From assembly GCA_964016885.1 (NCBI GenBank), contig OZ024740.1, forward strand, positions 186,372,001-186,436,000: a DNA stretch of 64,000 nucleotides, written 5' to 3'. The position numbers and the translations under genes were made by a program. The first letter of the stretch is position 1; every line of letters starts with the position of its first letter. The DNA comes from Eledone cirrhosa (Eukaryota). The notes under the pieces were generated by a model. The model did not search any database, was not told where the DNA came from, and saw only the letters and a list, made by a program, of their open reading frames with translations. Shown piece by piece: positions 1-12,943 of this stretch.

Positions 1-3
1 ACA

Positions 4-30
<27 letters not shown>

Positions 31-34
<4 letters not shown>

Positions 35-490
35 TTATGCAGAACTGATGAGAAATCTGCAGATACTCCACCCTGTACACCTTCAGATTTATGCCTGTGA
101 TTATTGGGGCACTGGGATATGTTAGTAACTGCCTCAATACAAATCTTGAGAAGCTAGGCTTCACAGGAACAGAAAGAACACAACTAGTTAGGAAATGACA
201 AGTACAATCCATTAATGGAACAGTAAAAATATGTAAAACATTTCAAAAATGTTGCATCTAATAACTGCATATACACATGTACAGATACAAAGCATATACA
301 CATGCACACATACAAGTCAAAACATACACATCCACACATACAATAACATCCATATCTACACATGCAGACATACATACATATCTACCTAGTTGATGTTGTG
401 TAAATTCCAATGAGAGAGTCTTGTGTCTATGTTAGAAACCGACTCTCTCTCTATTGGTAAAACTTTGTGAAATTATAAAACCAGAAGAAC
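31..490 (+). mobile_element. 5'-truncated R4/Dong-like non-LTR retrotransposon (C-terminus of restriction-like endonuclease region + 3' UTR) in (TACA)n
   Basis: Frameshifted translation IYAELMRNLQILHP..FRFMPVIIGALGYVSNCLNTNLEKLG..VQSINGTVKICKTF fits the R4/Dong C-terminal pattern (PV++GALG.V). Near-identical to 44482-45053. Flanked on both sides by (ACAT)n. Confidence 0.75.
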
Positions 491-515
491 ATACATACAT
501 ACATACATAAAAAAT

Positions 516-1058
516 CAGCTACCCAGCAGATGTCAATATAATGCTAAATATTAGGGGAAGGTTTATGCTAAACTAATTAGAAATCTACACATACTCCACT
601 TTGCCTATACTTTTAGATTTCTACTAGTGTTCATTGGGCCTTTTGGATATGTTACTAACTGCCTCAGTACAAAATTTGGAAATTTTGGCTTCAAAGAACT
701 AGAATAAGCACGGCTAGTTGGGAAGTTGCAAGTAGACAATCAATGGAACTGAAAAATTATGTAAAACATTTCAGAAATAAAGCATGTAATAACTGCATAT
801 ATACAGAAGTATACATACAGAAACATATGCAGATGTATGCTATAACTCACAACATACTGATCCACACATACAATAACACCCATAGCATACCTACCACACA
901 CGTGCGTGCGCGCGGTCTCACACACATGCATACGTATTGACCAATTTGTTGTTACCTACATGCCAGGGAAATTGCCTTGTTTCAATGTTTGATATCGGCT
1001 CCCTCTCCTCCCTCTCTCTCTCAATTGGTTAAAATTTATAAGATTATAAAACCAGAAC
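516..1058 (+). mobile_element. Older diverged copy of the same R4/Dong-like 3' end
   Basis: Aligns by eye with 31-490 and 44482-45053 (PADVNI.., IGPFGYVTNCL, SINGT, terminal ATAAAACCAGAA). Sits between (ACAT)n and (AC)n. Confidence 0.65.
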
Positions 1059-1086
1059 ACACATACACATACACACACACACACAG

Positions 1087-1126
<40 letters not shown>

Positions 1127-1199
1127 CCGCCATTCTCCTCAGGGTCGAACAACGAACCATCTTCACCCTACAGACCCACACTATCCCCGGCCTGAACTC

Positions 1200-2426
1200 C
1201 CCACCCTTATTCCTTTAGCCTTAGACCGCCCCCCTTCCCCCACACATATCCCCCACTAACACCACTAACACACCCCTCCTTTTCACCGCCCACCCCACAA
1301 CTAACAATACTAACACCTCCAACCCACACCCGACCACCCTTCCCAAACTAACATACTAACTTCCCTCCCTTCTTCTCCCCCCCCTCTCTATCACACGCAC
1401 ACACCCACCGGTACATATATACACGCGCTCACACTAAACACACACCCTACTACCACCACTAACCCTCATCCCCACACATCCACCCGACCACCCCGCAACT
1501 AACATCACTAACACCCCCCGACCCCAAGCACACGAACACACACCCACTTACACCACCCACTCTACACGCAACTAACATCACTAACACCCCCCAACCCTAC
1601 GCACACACCCTCTTACACCACCCACTCTACACACCCTACCACCACTGACCCCCACTCACACCCGCATTCAACCCTTTCTCCACCTCCAGTATACTAACAC
1701 CCACTAACACCCCCTTCACCACATACACACTCATCCAAACACGCACACACACACCAGTACACTACACTCCTTCCATCGGCCCCCACACCCTTCTCTCCCC
1801 GCTCCACACACACCCTTTCTCAAACACACACATCCCACTAACACCTCTACTAATACACCCCCCCCCTTCTCACTCCAACTTTCACACCTACCCATCCTCT
1901 CCCCTGTCCACCGCACCTCCGCACACACTGACACACCGACTTTCTTCACTTACCATTCTACCCTACTGCTGTTATGCCTCTCTGACCACCTCCCCGCACA
2001 CACAGACACACAACCCTCCTCCTGCCTTGACCCTCTGACCACTTCCTGTTGCACGCGCACCCACATCTCCCCTCTTCCGACCAATCTCTCCACGGATTAC
2101 ACATATGTGAACCTTGGTCCCGAGAATCCACCACATCCCAAGGATATTACTCAGCATTTCACCACACCGTCTACGGAATTACCTTAACGACTCACCCTCG
2201 GACATACACCCAAAAAAACTTTTTTTCCCCACACGCCACCTACATCCACAACACGCATAAACACCACACACACACGTGCGTACCACCACATATTTACACA
2301 TTCAGCCTCCGGAATCCTCTCCCCCCACCCCTCCATCCACACACGCACACACACTCCGACCTACACCCGACCCCACACATACCTCTTCCTGAACATGCAA
2401 CCCCGTTCTTCCCCAACTCTTACTTT

Positions 2427-2459
<33 letters not shown>

Positions 2460-2580
2460 GTACGCCTACACACACACACCACCTTCAGCCCTCCCCGCTC
2501 GGACACCCCGTCTCCCTCTCCCCACTCCACCCTCCACCACCCCTACACGCCCCACACACTTCCACCACCTGTTTTACTCC
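1200..2580. repeat. C/A-rich, G-poor low-complexity region with repeated paired ACTAAC motifs
   Basis: Extreme C/G skew; ACTAAC pairs at 1255/1264, 1300/1309, 1347/1355, 1498/1507, 1571/1580, 1693/1703 and 1837/1849 (last is ACTAAT). Confidence 0.7.
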
Positions 2581-2714
2581 ATGTGTATTTTTAATTTTAT
2601 TTTGATCATGCCTTTATATTTAATTTCATTTGTACCGTTTCCTCTCACCCCCTTTTTTCTATATGTCTCTCCACCACTCCCCTACACACCCTGGGAACTC
2701 TCTTCCCACACACT

Positions 2715-2792
2715 TTTCACCTGAAGAAGGGCTTCTGCCCGAAACGTCGTTCCCCACCACCACCCCACTCTCAAGAGCGTGAAACTAATAAA
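2715..2792 (+). ncRNA. Minimal type-I hammerhead ribozyme motif of a PLE pseudo-LTR, with a 30-nt insert after the cleavage triplet, followed by AATAAA
   Basis: TTTCAC-CTGAAGA-A-GGGC(TTCT)GCCC-GAAAC-GTC-[30 nt]-GTGAAA-CT-AATAAA. Confidence 0.6.
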
Positions 2793-2836
2793 CCTTTGTT
2801 CGTACTGCCTCTCTGTTTTGTTCCCGTTCAATTTTT

Positions 2837-2881
<45 letters not shown>

Positions 2882-2915
2882 GTTTAATATACAAAAGCTT
2901 ATATATAAATATATA

Positions 2916-3778
2916 CAGTGGCGGACTGGGTCTAAATATATTGGTTGCCAGGAGATGAAGGGGGCCCACCTACATATAGAATGCTATCATTTAATTTTTA
3001 TAATGAATAAATAACATTTTCAAAAGAACCTAAGTGGAAACAAAACAGAACAATCAAATATTTGCGGAAATATATTTTACCTTCGACAATAAAATATATT
3101 ATGTATTTTGAGAAATCCAGAGACTTTCACTAATTGTTTCTACTTTAGGCACAAGGCCAGCAAATAACCAGTGCATTACTGGTACTTTATTTTATCGACC
3201 CCGTAAGGATGAAAGGCAATGTCAACCTCGGCGGGATTTGAACTCAGATCGTAAAGGGACGTAACTATGCTGGAAAGCATGGCGTCCGACCCTCTACCGA
3301 TACTGCCAATCCACCGCCCAGAGACTTTCAATAGTTGTTTCTACTTTAGGCACAAGGCCAGCAAATACCCAGTGCATTACTGGTACTTTATTTTATCGAC
3401 CCCGTAAGGATGAAAGGCAAAGTCAACCTCGGCGGGATTTGAACTCAGATCGTAAAGGGACGTAACTATGCTGGAAAGCATGGCGTCCGACCCTCTACCG
3501 TTACTGCCAATCCACCGCCCAGAGACTTTCAATAATGACCGTTGGTCTTTCACACTCACTATATATTTTTATATACATGTGTGTGGAGGTGTGTCTGTGT
3601 GTGCGTGTGTGTGTGTATCTATATATCTATATATACATATATATATATATATATTTATATATAGAGAGAGAGAAAGAGATATATATATACAACACTTTCA
3701 CCACTAAATTGATTTGACAGATGTCGTTAATCCATTGATACCAAATATTATTTGGACAGTAGTTCGTGTGTAAGTATT

Positions 3779-3817
<39 letters not shown>

Positions 3818-4170
3818 TTCAGTCTCTGTGTCTATATATGTATGTTTTCATACATGAATGAATACACTAAGCATTAGAATTAGTAGAATGTACAACCACT
3901 GATTCCAGCTATTTGCACTATCGTATATTTTAGATTCTAGTAATTCCCTGGGGAAATGGTTGACCAAATGCGTTGCTTAATTGTTTTATTTACTTTTTAA
4001 AACATTATGTTTTTTCTCTTAGATTTCAGCTATTTTTTAAAGCAAAGCATTGGCCCAAAAATACTACAGTTGGTCCTGCAATGCTACTGTGGGCTCTTGC
4101 AATGCTACCGTGGGACCCCCGGAGCCCACTTTCCATTGGGCAACTTGGCAACTTAGCCAGTCTGCCACTG
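2916..4170. mobile_element. Non-autonomous TIR DNA transposon (hAT-like termini) inserted in (TA)n and carrying nested SINEs
   Basis: TIRs CAGTGGCGGACTGG (2916-2929) and CCAGTCTGCCACTG (4157-4170), 13/14 match. Flanks are AATATATA and TATATATA. Confidence 0.7.
3136..3520 (-). mobile_element. Tandem dimer of tRNA-derived SINE (family A)
   Basis: Minus strand has box A-like TGGCAGTATCGG, box B GAGTTCAAATCC and central GCCTTTCATCCTTACGGGGTCGATAAAATAAAGTACC (resembles the Meta/MESC-type conserved SINE domain, from memory). Two copies with a 201-bp period. Confidence 0.85.
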
Positions 4171-4293
4171 TATATATATATATGTGTGTGTATATATACC
4201 AAATCATGATATTATAAAATTAAATGAAATTGTTTAGAACTACAAGTGAAGTCATTCTTTTCCTTTTTTTAAATATATATATATATACATATA

Positions 4294-4427
4294 TATAACG
4301 AAGGAAGTGTGGTAAGGAACCAGGTGGCTCATAACGCACCAGAGTACTCAATACTTAGGGTGAGTAATAGGAAAAGGTTTAACCGAAACGGCTTGAGCTC
4401 TGCCGTCGGGGTTAAACATTTTCCTAT
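4294..4427. repeat. Short (TA)n-embedded dispersed element with terminal hairpin (copy 1, internally deleted)
   Basis: Homologous to 12780-12943 (GTGGTAAGGAACCAG..CATAACGCACCAG..TACTCAATACTTAGGG..GAAACGGCTTGAGCTCTGCCGTCGGGGT). Confidence 0.75.
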
Positions 4428-4962
4428 ACATATATATATACATATGAAATCGGAGCTGAAGCTGCAATAAGGCATCATTACATGAACATCTCTTTTGAGG
4501 GGTAGCTTGAAAGTGAAGCTAGAATCCAAAGCACCATATCAGTAGCTGAATCTCAAATGATCTCTAAATGAATAAAAACAAGAACACGATGAATGACTAT
4601 AATATTGCCGATTCTATGTATCAAAACAATCGCCCTAGTAAATAACAAAATCCATAAACAAGGCCGTGTAGCTCTTATACGTATTTACATTTGTTCTTTT
4701 ACTCGTGTCCATCAAACTTTTGGCTCGGGTAATTTTTCTTAGTTTAACACATTCATTTGCAGCAATATAAATTTGCTTTAAATTCATGACAACTTTGTAA
4801 CTACGTGCAAGATGATACTTTGACCTGCAAATGTTGACCTGGTATCCGTGGAATACTTGAGTCGACTTTATACGATGTCTATGGAAAATTCTAGATGATT
4901 TATCCAAAATAAGGGATCGACTTTTCCATGAGATCGACTATTATTTGAGTATACGATATATT

Positions 4963-4994
<32 letters not shown>

Positions 4995-5011
4995 TATAGA
5001 TATATACGTAG

Positions 5012-5053
<42 letters not shown>

Positions 5054-5315
5054 CAGGGGCGTAGGGTGGGTCAATGCAACGTATGCAGTGCATGAGTTAT
5101 AGAATCTTGAGTTCATCAATTTCGATCTGTTTGATTCTGGAACTGCGGGTTCAGAATCAGACGGATCCACACAATAAAGTGAGGTCAGATTATATATATA
5201 CATACTACTGTACGTCTGTATACATATATGTATGTACGTATACGTACATACATATTTACATTTAAGTAAGTGCTGTACTAAGAGTGAGAAGTGAAATATC
5301 GTTTCATTCTATTCC

Positions 5316-5317
<2 letters not shown>

Positions 5318-5372
<55 letters not shown>

Positions 5373-5468
5373 CATATATATACATATATATATATATGTT
5401 CATATATATGTATATACATATATACATATATATATATTTATATATATATGTATATATACATATATACA

Positions 5469-5532
<64 letters not shown>

Positions 5533-5931
5533 AGTTATAAACTCAAATAGTCTTTTACGATTAAATAGCTCAAAGAAAGGAATATTTCCGAGCCGTATAA
5601 TACAAATGAATATATATATGATAGGGATAAACACTGATATAAGTATACATGTCTTCGCATTGCAAATGTCCAAGTTAGCTAGATTGAAAAATACTAATTA
5701 AAATAAAACAGTTTGCCTGTCTCGATTTAAAATAATAAATCAATAAAAACAAACCTATATTAGCAATAGCTGTGATACCTGGACAAATTTTAAATTTCAA
5801 ATTTGTTTCGCAACAATTAAGTGAGAGTTCCTATTCCTGTGCTCTTCTGCAGGTATCCAGAAATTGGTAAGTTTCAATTCAAAATACGTAAGAAGACTGA
5901 GAGAAATGTCTTATTGAACGCACGTGTCGTA

Positions 5932-5972
<41 letters not shown>

Positions 5973-6033
5973 CATGCATATATATATATACATGCATATA
6001 TATATATATATATGTAATATATATATATATACA

Positions 6034-6130
<97 letters not shown>

Positions 6131-6157
6131 GCATATATATATATATATTATATACAT

Positions 6158-6196
<39 letters not shown>

Positions 6197-6200
6197 TGTA

Positions 6201-6266
<66 letters not shown>
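5318..6266. repeat. (TA)n microsatellite arrays with CATG/CA interruptions (5318-5533 and 5936-6266)
   Basis: Direct inspection. Confidence 0.95.
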
Positions 6267-6270
<4 letters not shown>

Positions 6271-6557
6271 AAATAACGAAACGAAATTAAATTTCGTTTC
6301 GTTTGTAACTCACTTTTGTATGACTGGCGCTTAAACAATTAAGTTAAAAATGTACATCCACATATGTATACTGAAATACTAGTATGCATATGAATACACA
6401 CACGTATACATATGTAGATGTACCGAGTTTTTCACTGGTCACTTTACTGTGAGTGTCCAGCTATTCTGTATGTAAACACACAGACAAACCGGTTTTTAGA
6501 GTCATACTGGTTTTTGAGGAAACACATTTCCTCTATTCTCCAGAAAGCCAGACAAGG

Positions 6558-6602
6558 AATATTGAACTAGTTTCGTTGTTGTTACAACTCATCAGCAATA
6601 TT
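6558..6602 (-). ncRNA. Type-I minimal hammerhead ribozyme
   Basis: Reverse complement is AATATTG-CTGATGA-GTTGT(AACA)ACAAC-GAAA-CTAG-TT-CAATATT, identical to 6960-7004. Confidence 0.85.
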
Positions 6603-6959
6603 TACCTATCTTCCGGCCTTTCTAGAGAATCGTAAAAGCACATATCGTTATATGCTTTTTCTATGAAAATTAGTACATCTACATATGTATACGTGTGTGT
6701 ATTCATATGCATACTAGTATTTCAGTATACATATGTGGATGTACATTTTTAACTTAATTGTTTAAGCGTCAGTCATACAAAAGTGAGTTACAAACGAATC
6801 GAAATTTAATTTCGTTTCGTTATTTGTTTTTATCGTCTCCGTTGAACCGGTACGTACTCACGCTCTATGCAAATTAGTCTGCCCACTACTAATTTTCATA
6901 GAAAAAGCATATAACGATATGTGCTTTTACGATTCTCTAGAAAGGCCGGAAGATAGGTA

Positions 6960-7004
6960 AATATTGCTGATGAGTTGTAACAACAACGAAACTAGTTCAA
7001 TATT
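6960..7004 (+). ncRNA. Type-I minimal hammerhead ribozyme
   Basis: Stem I AATATTG/CAATATT (7 bp), core CTGATGA, stem II GTTGT/ACAAC, GAAA, palindromic stem III AACTAGTT, GUU cleavage triplet. Confidence 0.85.
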
Positions 7005-7222
7005 CCTTGTCTGGCTTTCTGTAGAATAGAGGAAAGGTGTTTCCTCAAAAACCAGTATGACTCTAAAAACCGGTTTGTCTGTGTGTTTACATACAGAATA
7101 GCTGGACACTCACAGTAAAGTGACCAGTGAAAAACTCGGTACATCTACATATGTATACGTGTGTGTATTCATATGCATACTAGTATTTCAGTATACATAT
7201 GTGGATGTACATTTTTAACTTA

Positions 7223-9030
<1,808 letters not shown>

Positions 9031-10464
9031 TAAAGGTGGTTTATATCGTGACGACTGTCTTCTTCTTCCCAATAACCTTAGCCTCTCAGAGATAGAAAAA
9101 AATAAAAAGCTTATTAGAACTTTCCTTAAAGACTATTATAGTCTAGATATTACATTTGAAAACACAAGTAAAATAGTTAATTTCCTAGATATAACATTAG
9201 ACTTATCTACGGGTATCTACCAACCTTACCATAAACCCAACCAAAATTTACACTACATACACTTACAATCTAGTCACACTAAATCTATCCTTAAAAACCT
9301 TGCATATAATATATCACTTAGAATTTCTAACCTTTCGTCTAACCAAGATGTATTTGATAAAAATACGACCTTTTATAACGAAGCTCTAGCAAGAAGTGGC
9401 CACAAAAATAGATTAGTATATATACCTTCTACCAATAACACTACAAACATACAACCTAATATTACCAACAAACACCAAATGAAACATACACACCTAAATG
9501 CCACTCACACTATACCCCAAAACACCAACATAAAACCAAATTTCTTTAACTCTTCTAATATACAGTATAATAACTCTCAAAAAACTACTCATCCTACAAC
9601 TCTAATAAATGTTAATAATAAAACTCCTAATAAACAAGCTAAAATACCTAAATCAATAAATCTAACTAAAAATATCTGTGGTGAGGTCATTAACAATAAT
9701 TCTCTTAATAAACATCAGGATGCATCCTATAAAAACAATAAACAACATAGAAACCGTAATAGACGAGTTACTTGGTATAATGCTCCATTTAATTTACAAA
9801 TTAAGGATAATATACCTAAAAAATTCTTTAATATCCTAGAGAAAAACTTCCCGCCAAACCACAAATACCATCAAATCTTAAATAGATCAACGGTTAAATT
9901 CTCCTACTCAACAACCAAAAACATAAAACAAAATATAAGTGCCTATAATGCATATAAATGTAAAAAAAAAACATGAGTATACCACCAGTACATCAAACTA
10001 ACCATAATATCTCCTCAGATACAGGATTCACGAAAAGTTGTAACTGTAGAAACAAGGCAAACTGTCCATTAAAAGGAAATTGCCTTGTTAATAACATAGT
10101 ATATGAATGTAAAGTTAACACTAAGGACTCAATTTATTCATATATAGGAGCTACCTCTAACAAATTTAAGGTAGGATTTAATACCCACAAACATAGTTTT
10201 AAAAACGCCGCACCAGCTAATACAACATCTCTAGCTGAAATAATTAATAGTTATAGAAAGAGGAATATAGATTATGACCTGACCTGGAGTGTGCTCAAAA
10301 GGGCCACCCCTTATCAAAATAGTAGATATGAATGTAGATCATGTTCCCAAGAACTTTTTGAAATAATGAAATCTAAGGATATCCTATTAAATAAGCGACA
10401 GGAATTAATAATATCGTGTAATCATAAACTGAGAAAAACCTTTAAATATTATAAACCTAATTAA
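9031..10464 (+). pseudogene. 5'-truncated Penelope-like element ORF (RT C-terminal half, thumb, Cys-rich linker, GIY-YIG endonuclease), Naiad-type, with one frameshift
   Basis: GGLYRDDCL (catalytic YxDD), VNFLDITLDL, YHKPN..YIHLQSSH, RNRRVTWYNAPF, CNCRNKANCPLKGNC, NIVYECKV..SYIGATSN..HKHSF, CRSCSQE, LLNKRQELIISCNH. Frame changes at the A10 run 9962-9971. Confidence 0.88.
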
Positions 10465-10666
10465 TATACACTTTAGAAATTAATATATAAACTATTTTTA
10501 AATTAGTTAACCTATAATTAATATTCTACTACTGATGAACTACATAATTCTGCTTTAAATATTATAAACCTAATTAATATACACTTTAGAAATTAATATA
10601 TAAACTATTTTTAATTTAGTTAACCTATAATTATTATTCTACTACTGATGAACTACATAATTTTGC
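10441..10666 (+). repeat. 113-bp tandem duplication at the PLE 3' end; each unit has an HHR half-core CTGATGA
   Basis: 10441-10553 is repeated at 10554-10666 with about 3 mismatches. Confidence 0.85.
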
Positions 10667-10881
10667 TTTCCTTCTTACAACTACCATTTCCTAAAACTGA
10701 TACCATTAAGTAAACATATATAATGCTTTAACTTCAGGTTATGACTCTATGTTCCTTGAAAACTATATATATTTATTATTTCTCAGAATAAATTTAATCC
10801 CCCCCCCCCAATAATTATATGTATATGTAATTATGTATGTGTGTGTATATATATATATATGTATATATGTATGTGTGCATG

Positions 10882-10959
<78 letters not shown>

Positions 10960-11864
10960 TGTGTGTGTATATGTGTGTGTGTATGTATATATATATGTAT
11001 ATATATATATATATATATATGAGTATATATATATATTAATTTTATATTCTTTTAATTTCCCCTCATCTTTAACAGCATTTTTCAACTGCATCTAATTCTT
11101 ATTTATCATATCTATATGTATTAGTATAATGTTATCAATATAAATATACCCATCAATTAAATTAATTTATATTCTTTTCATAGATGTATTTTTTTAACTA
11201 ACATTCTTATCGTAAAACTTTAGTCACCTTAGATATTTGTATTGGCATTGCTATTTTATAACAGCAACTGCTTGTATACCTTTTACTGACCATCTGACCT
11301 ACTTTCACCCCTAAAATAAGCTTCAATTACTACTATTTTACCATTTGGCCAATTATTAACTTTCTATTGGTTAATTCTAAACCTCTTACCAAACAGACAG
11401 AATATATTAGATCTTTGTTGGTTTTATTAAATGAACAAATAAAATTATTTCTGAGGTCAGCATAAGACCTATTTCTTCCCTAAAATAATCCTTCATTCAT
11501 AATATTCTTTTCCATCCAAAACTGAAATCTACCTTCCTCTACCCATAATTTAAGGTTCTTCTACTACTATATTACTATCTTGACCCACACTATCTCTCTA
11601 TTGGTCAATTCAAAACCTGTTCCCAAACAGACCTATTGTATTGAATCTTTGTTTTTTTCAATAAACAAATATCATTATTTCTGAAGACAGCATATATATG
11701 TGTAGGTATGTATATTTCCTCTGATAGTTTGTATAAATATTGTACATAGATCTATAGAATATGGATACCAACTCTAACATATATATATCCTAGAAACGAT
11801 CGTAAAATGATGAATTTTTTAATATAAGGAACTGTTTCTTTGTTTATTCATTATTTTATTAATT

Positions 11865-11954
<90 letters not shown>

Positions 11955-11959
<5 letters not shown>

Positions 11960-12712
11960 TTTGTTATAGATTGGGAGGGTCATGTTGCCAATAAGAAACA
12001 CACGCACCAATTGCTTTCACTTCAATTTATTATAATAAATTTATAAATTTAGGAATTTATAAATTACTGGTTGGTTGGTTGGTTCCACAACCAGATAGTT
12101 GTTTATATATTGTCAAAGTTCTTTCGTCACACATTCTGTGACGTCTTCAGTGACTGGGGATTATTTTCTTTGTTTTTGTGCCTCTCCTTTGTTCTGTCCT
12201 ACGCCATTTTGTTTCTGTGTGTGTGTTGTGTGCTCAGTCTGCGCATGCGCCACATCCGGGTGTCTGTGTGTGTTTATATTCGTTTATTTATTTGTTTATT
12301 TACATGTTACCGGTTGGTTGTTTGTTCTATTTGCGTGTGTATTTTCATTTTGTCCTTAATTGTAAGTTGTGATGTTGCTGTTCCATTCATATATTCTATT
12401 TAATTTTGGTTGTAATTCTTTTATGTTTATTGCCTCTGTGATTTGTCTAAACATTGCGTCTTTTCTGTGTGTAGATTCTATTTTTATTTCTATGTTCTCT
12501 AATTTACCCTTATGTTCTATTTTAGCATGTTGGTAGAGTACAGATGATTCTTTACTATCATAAGATCTTGCCAGTGTTCATTTAAATAATAATAAATTGA
12601 AGTGAAAGCAACTGGTGCGAGTGTTTCTTATTGGCAACATGACCCTCCCAAAGTATAACAATATCGGTTTCAACACACGTTTTCAGATAAAGAATCTTGC
12701 TAAACAAATTCA
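11955..12712 (-). mobile_element. Truncated PLE: GIY-YIG C-terminus + pseudo-LTR with HHR, preceded by an inverted pseudo-LTR end and ORF start
   Basis: Minus strand about 12405-12583 encodes NEHWQD/SKESSVLYQHAKIEH..IEIKIESTHRKDAMFRQITEAINIKELQPKLNR. 11973-12035 is inverted at 12587-12649. (TA)n flanks. Confidence 0.8.
12112..12154 (-). ncRNA. Type-I minimal hammerhead ribozyme (PLE pseudo-LTR)
   Basis: GTCA-CTGAAGA-C-GTCACA(GAATG)TGTGAC-GAAA-GAACTT-TGAC. Confidence 0.75.
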
Positions 12713-12735
12713 GAAACGAAATATATACATATATA

Positions 12736-12776
<41 letters not shown>

Positions 12777-12779
12777 ATG

Positions 12780-12943
12780 TATAACGGAGGAGTTGTGGTA
12801 AGGAACCAGATGAACCATAACGCACCAGCGTACTCAATACTTAGGGTAGTAGAGTGGGTAATAGGAGAAAGTATGACCCCGACGGCAGTCCAGAAATAGC
12901 CGTCGAAACGGCTTGAGCTCTGCCGTCGGGGTCATACTTTCTC
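12780..12943. repeat. Short (TA)n-embedded element with 24-bp terminal hairpin (copy 2)
   Basis: GAGAAAGTATGACCCCGACGGCAG (12865-12888) pairs perfectly with 12920-12943. Homologous to 4294-4427. Confidence 0.75.

Larger units (their letters stand above)
6267..7227. mobile_element. ORF-less HHR-containing element (retrozyme-like or non-autonomous PLE): partial tandem of a 466-bp unit plus an inverted copy
   Basis: The part of 6267-6675 from about 6334 onward is the reverse complement of 6887-7227; 6267-6422 is the reverse complement of 6673-6829. 6673-6760 recurs at 7139-7227 (period 466). Both flanks are (TA)n. Confidence 0.75.

Noticed and set aside
5055-5095. CAGGGGCGTAG.. TIR-like start, and ..TCCAGCACTG at about 52500
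   Set aside because: No matching partner terminus or TSD found.
9974-10700. Selenocysteine recoding (reported for some Naiad PLEs) at the TGA, with a SECIS in the 3' duplication
   Set aside because: The TGA is not at a conserved Cys, the conserved residues continue in a different frame, and I could not fold a SECIS.
12660-12700. Minus-strand CTGAAAA..GAAAC as a possible HHR
   Set aside because: The core is wrong and there is no stem I; better explained as the antisense of the PLE ORF start.
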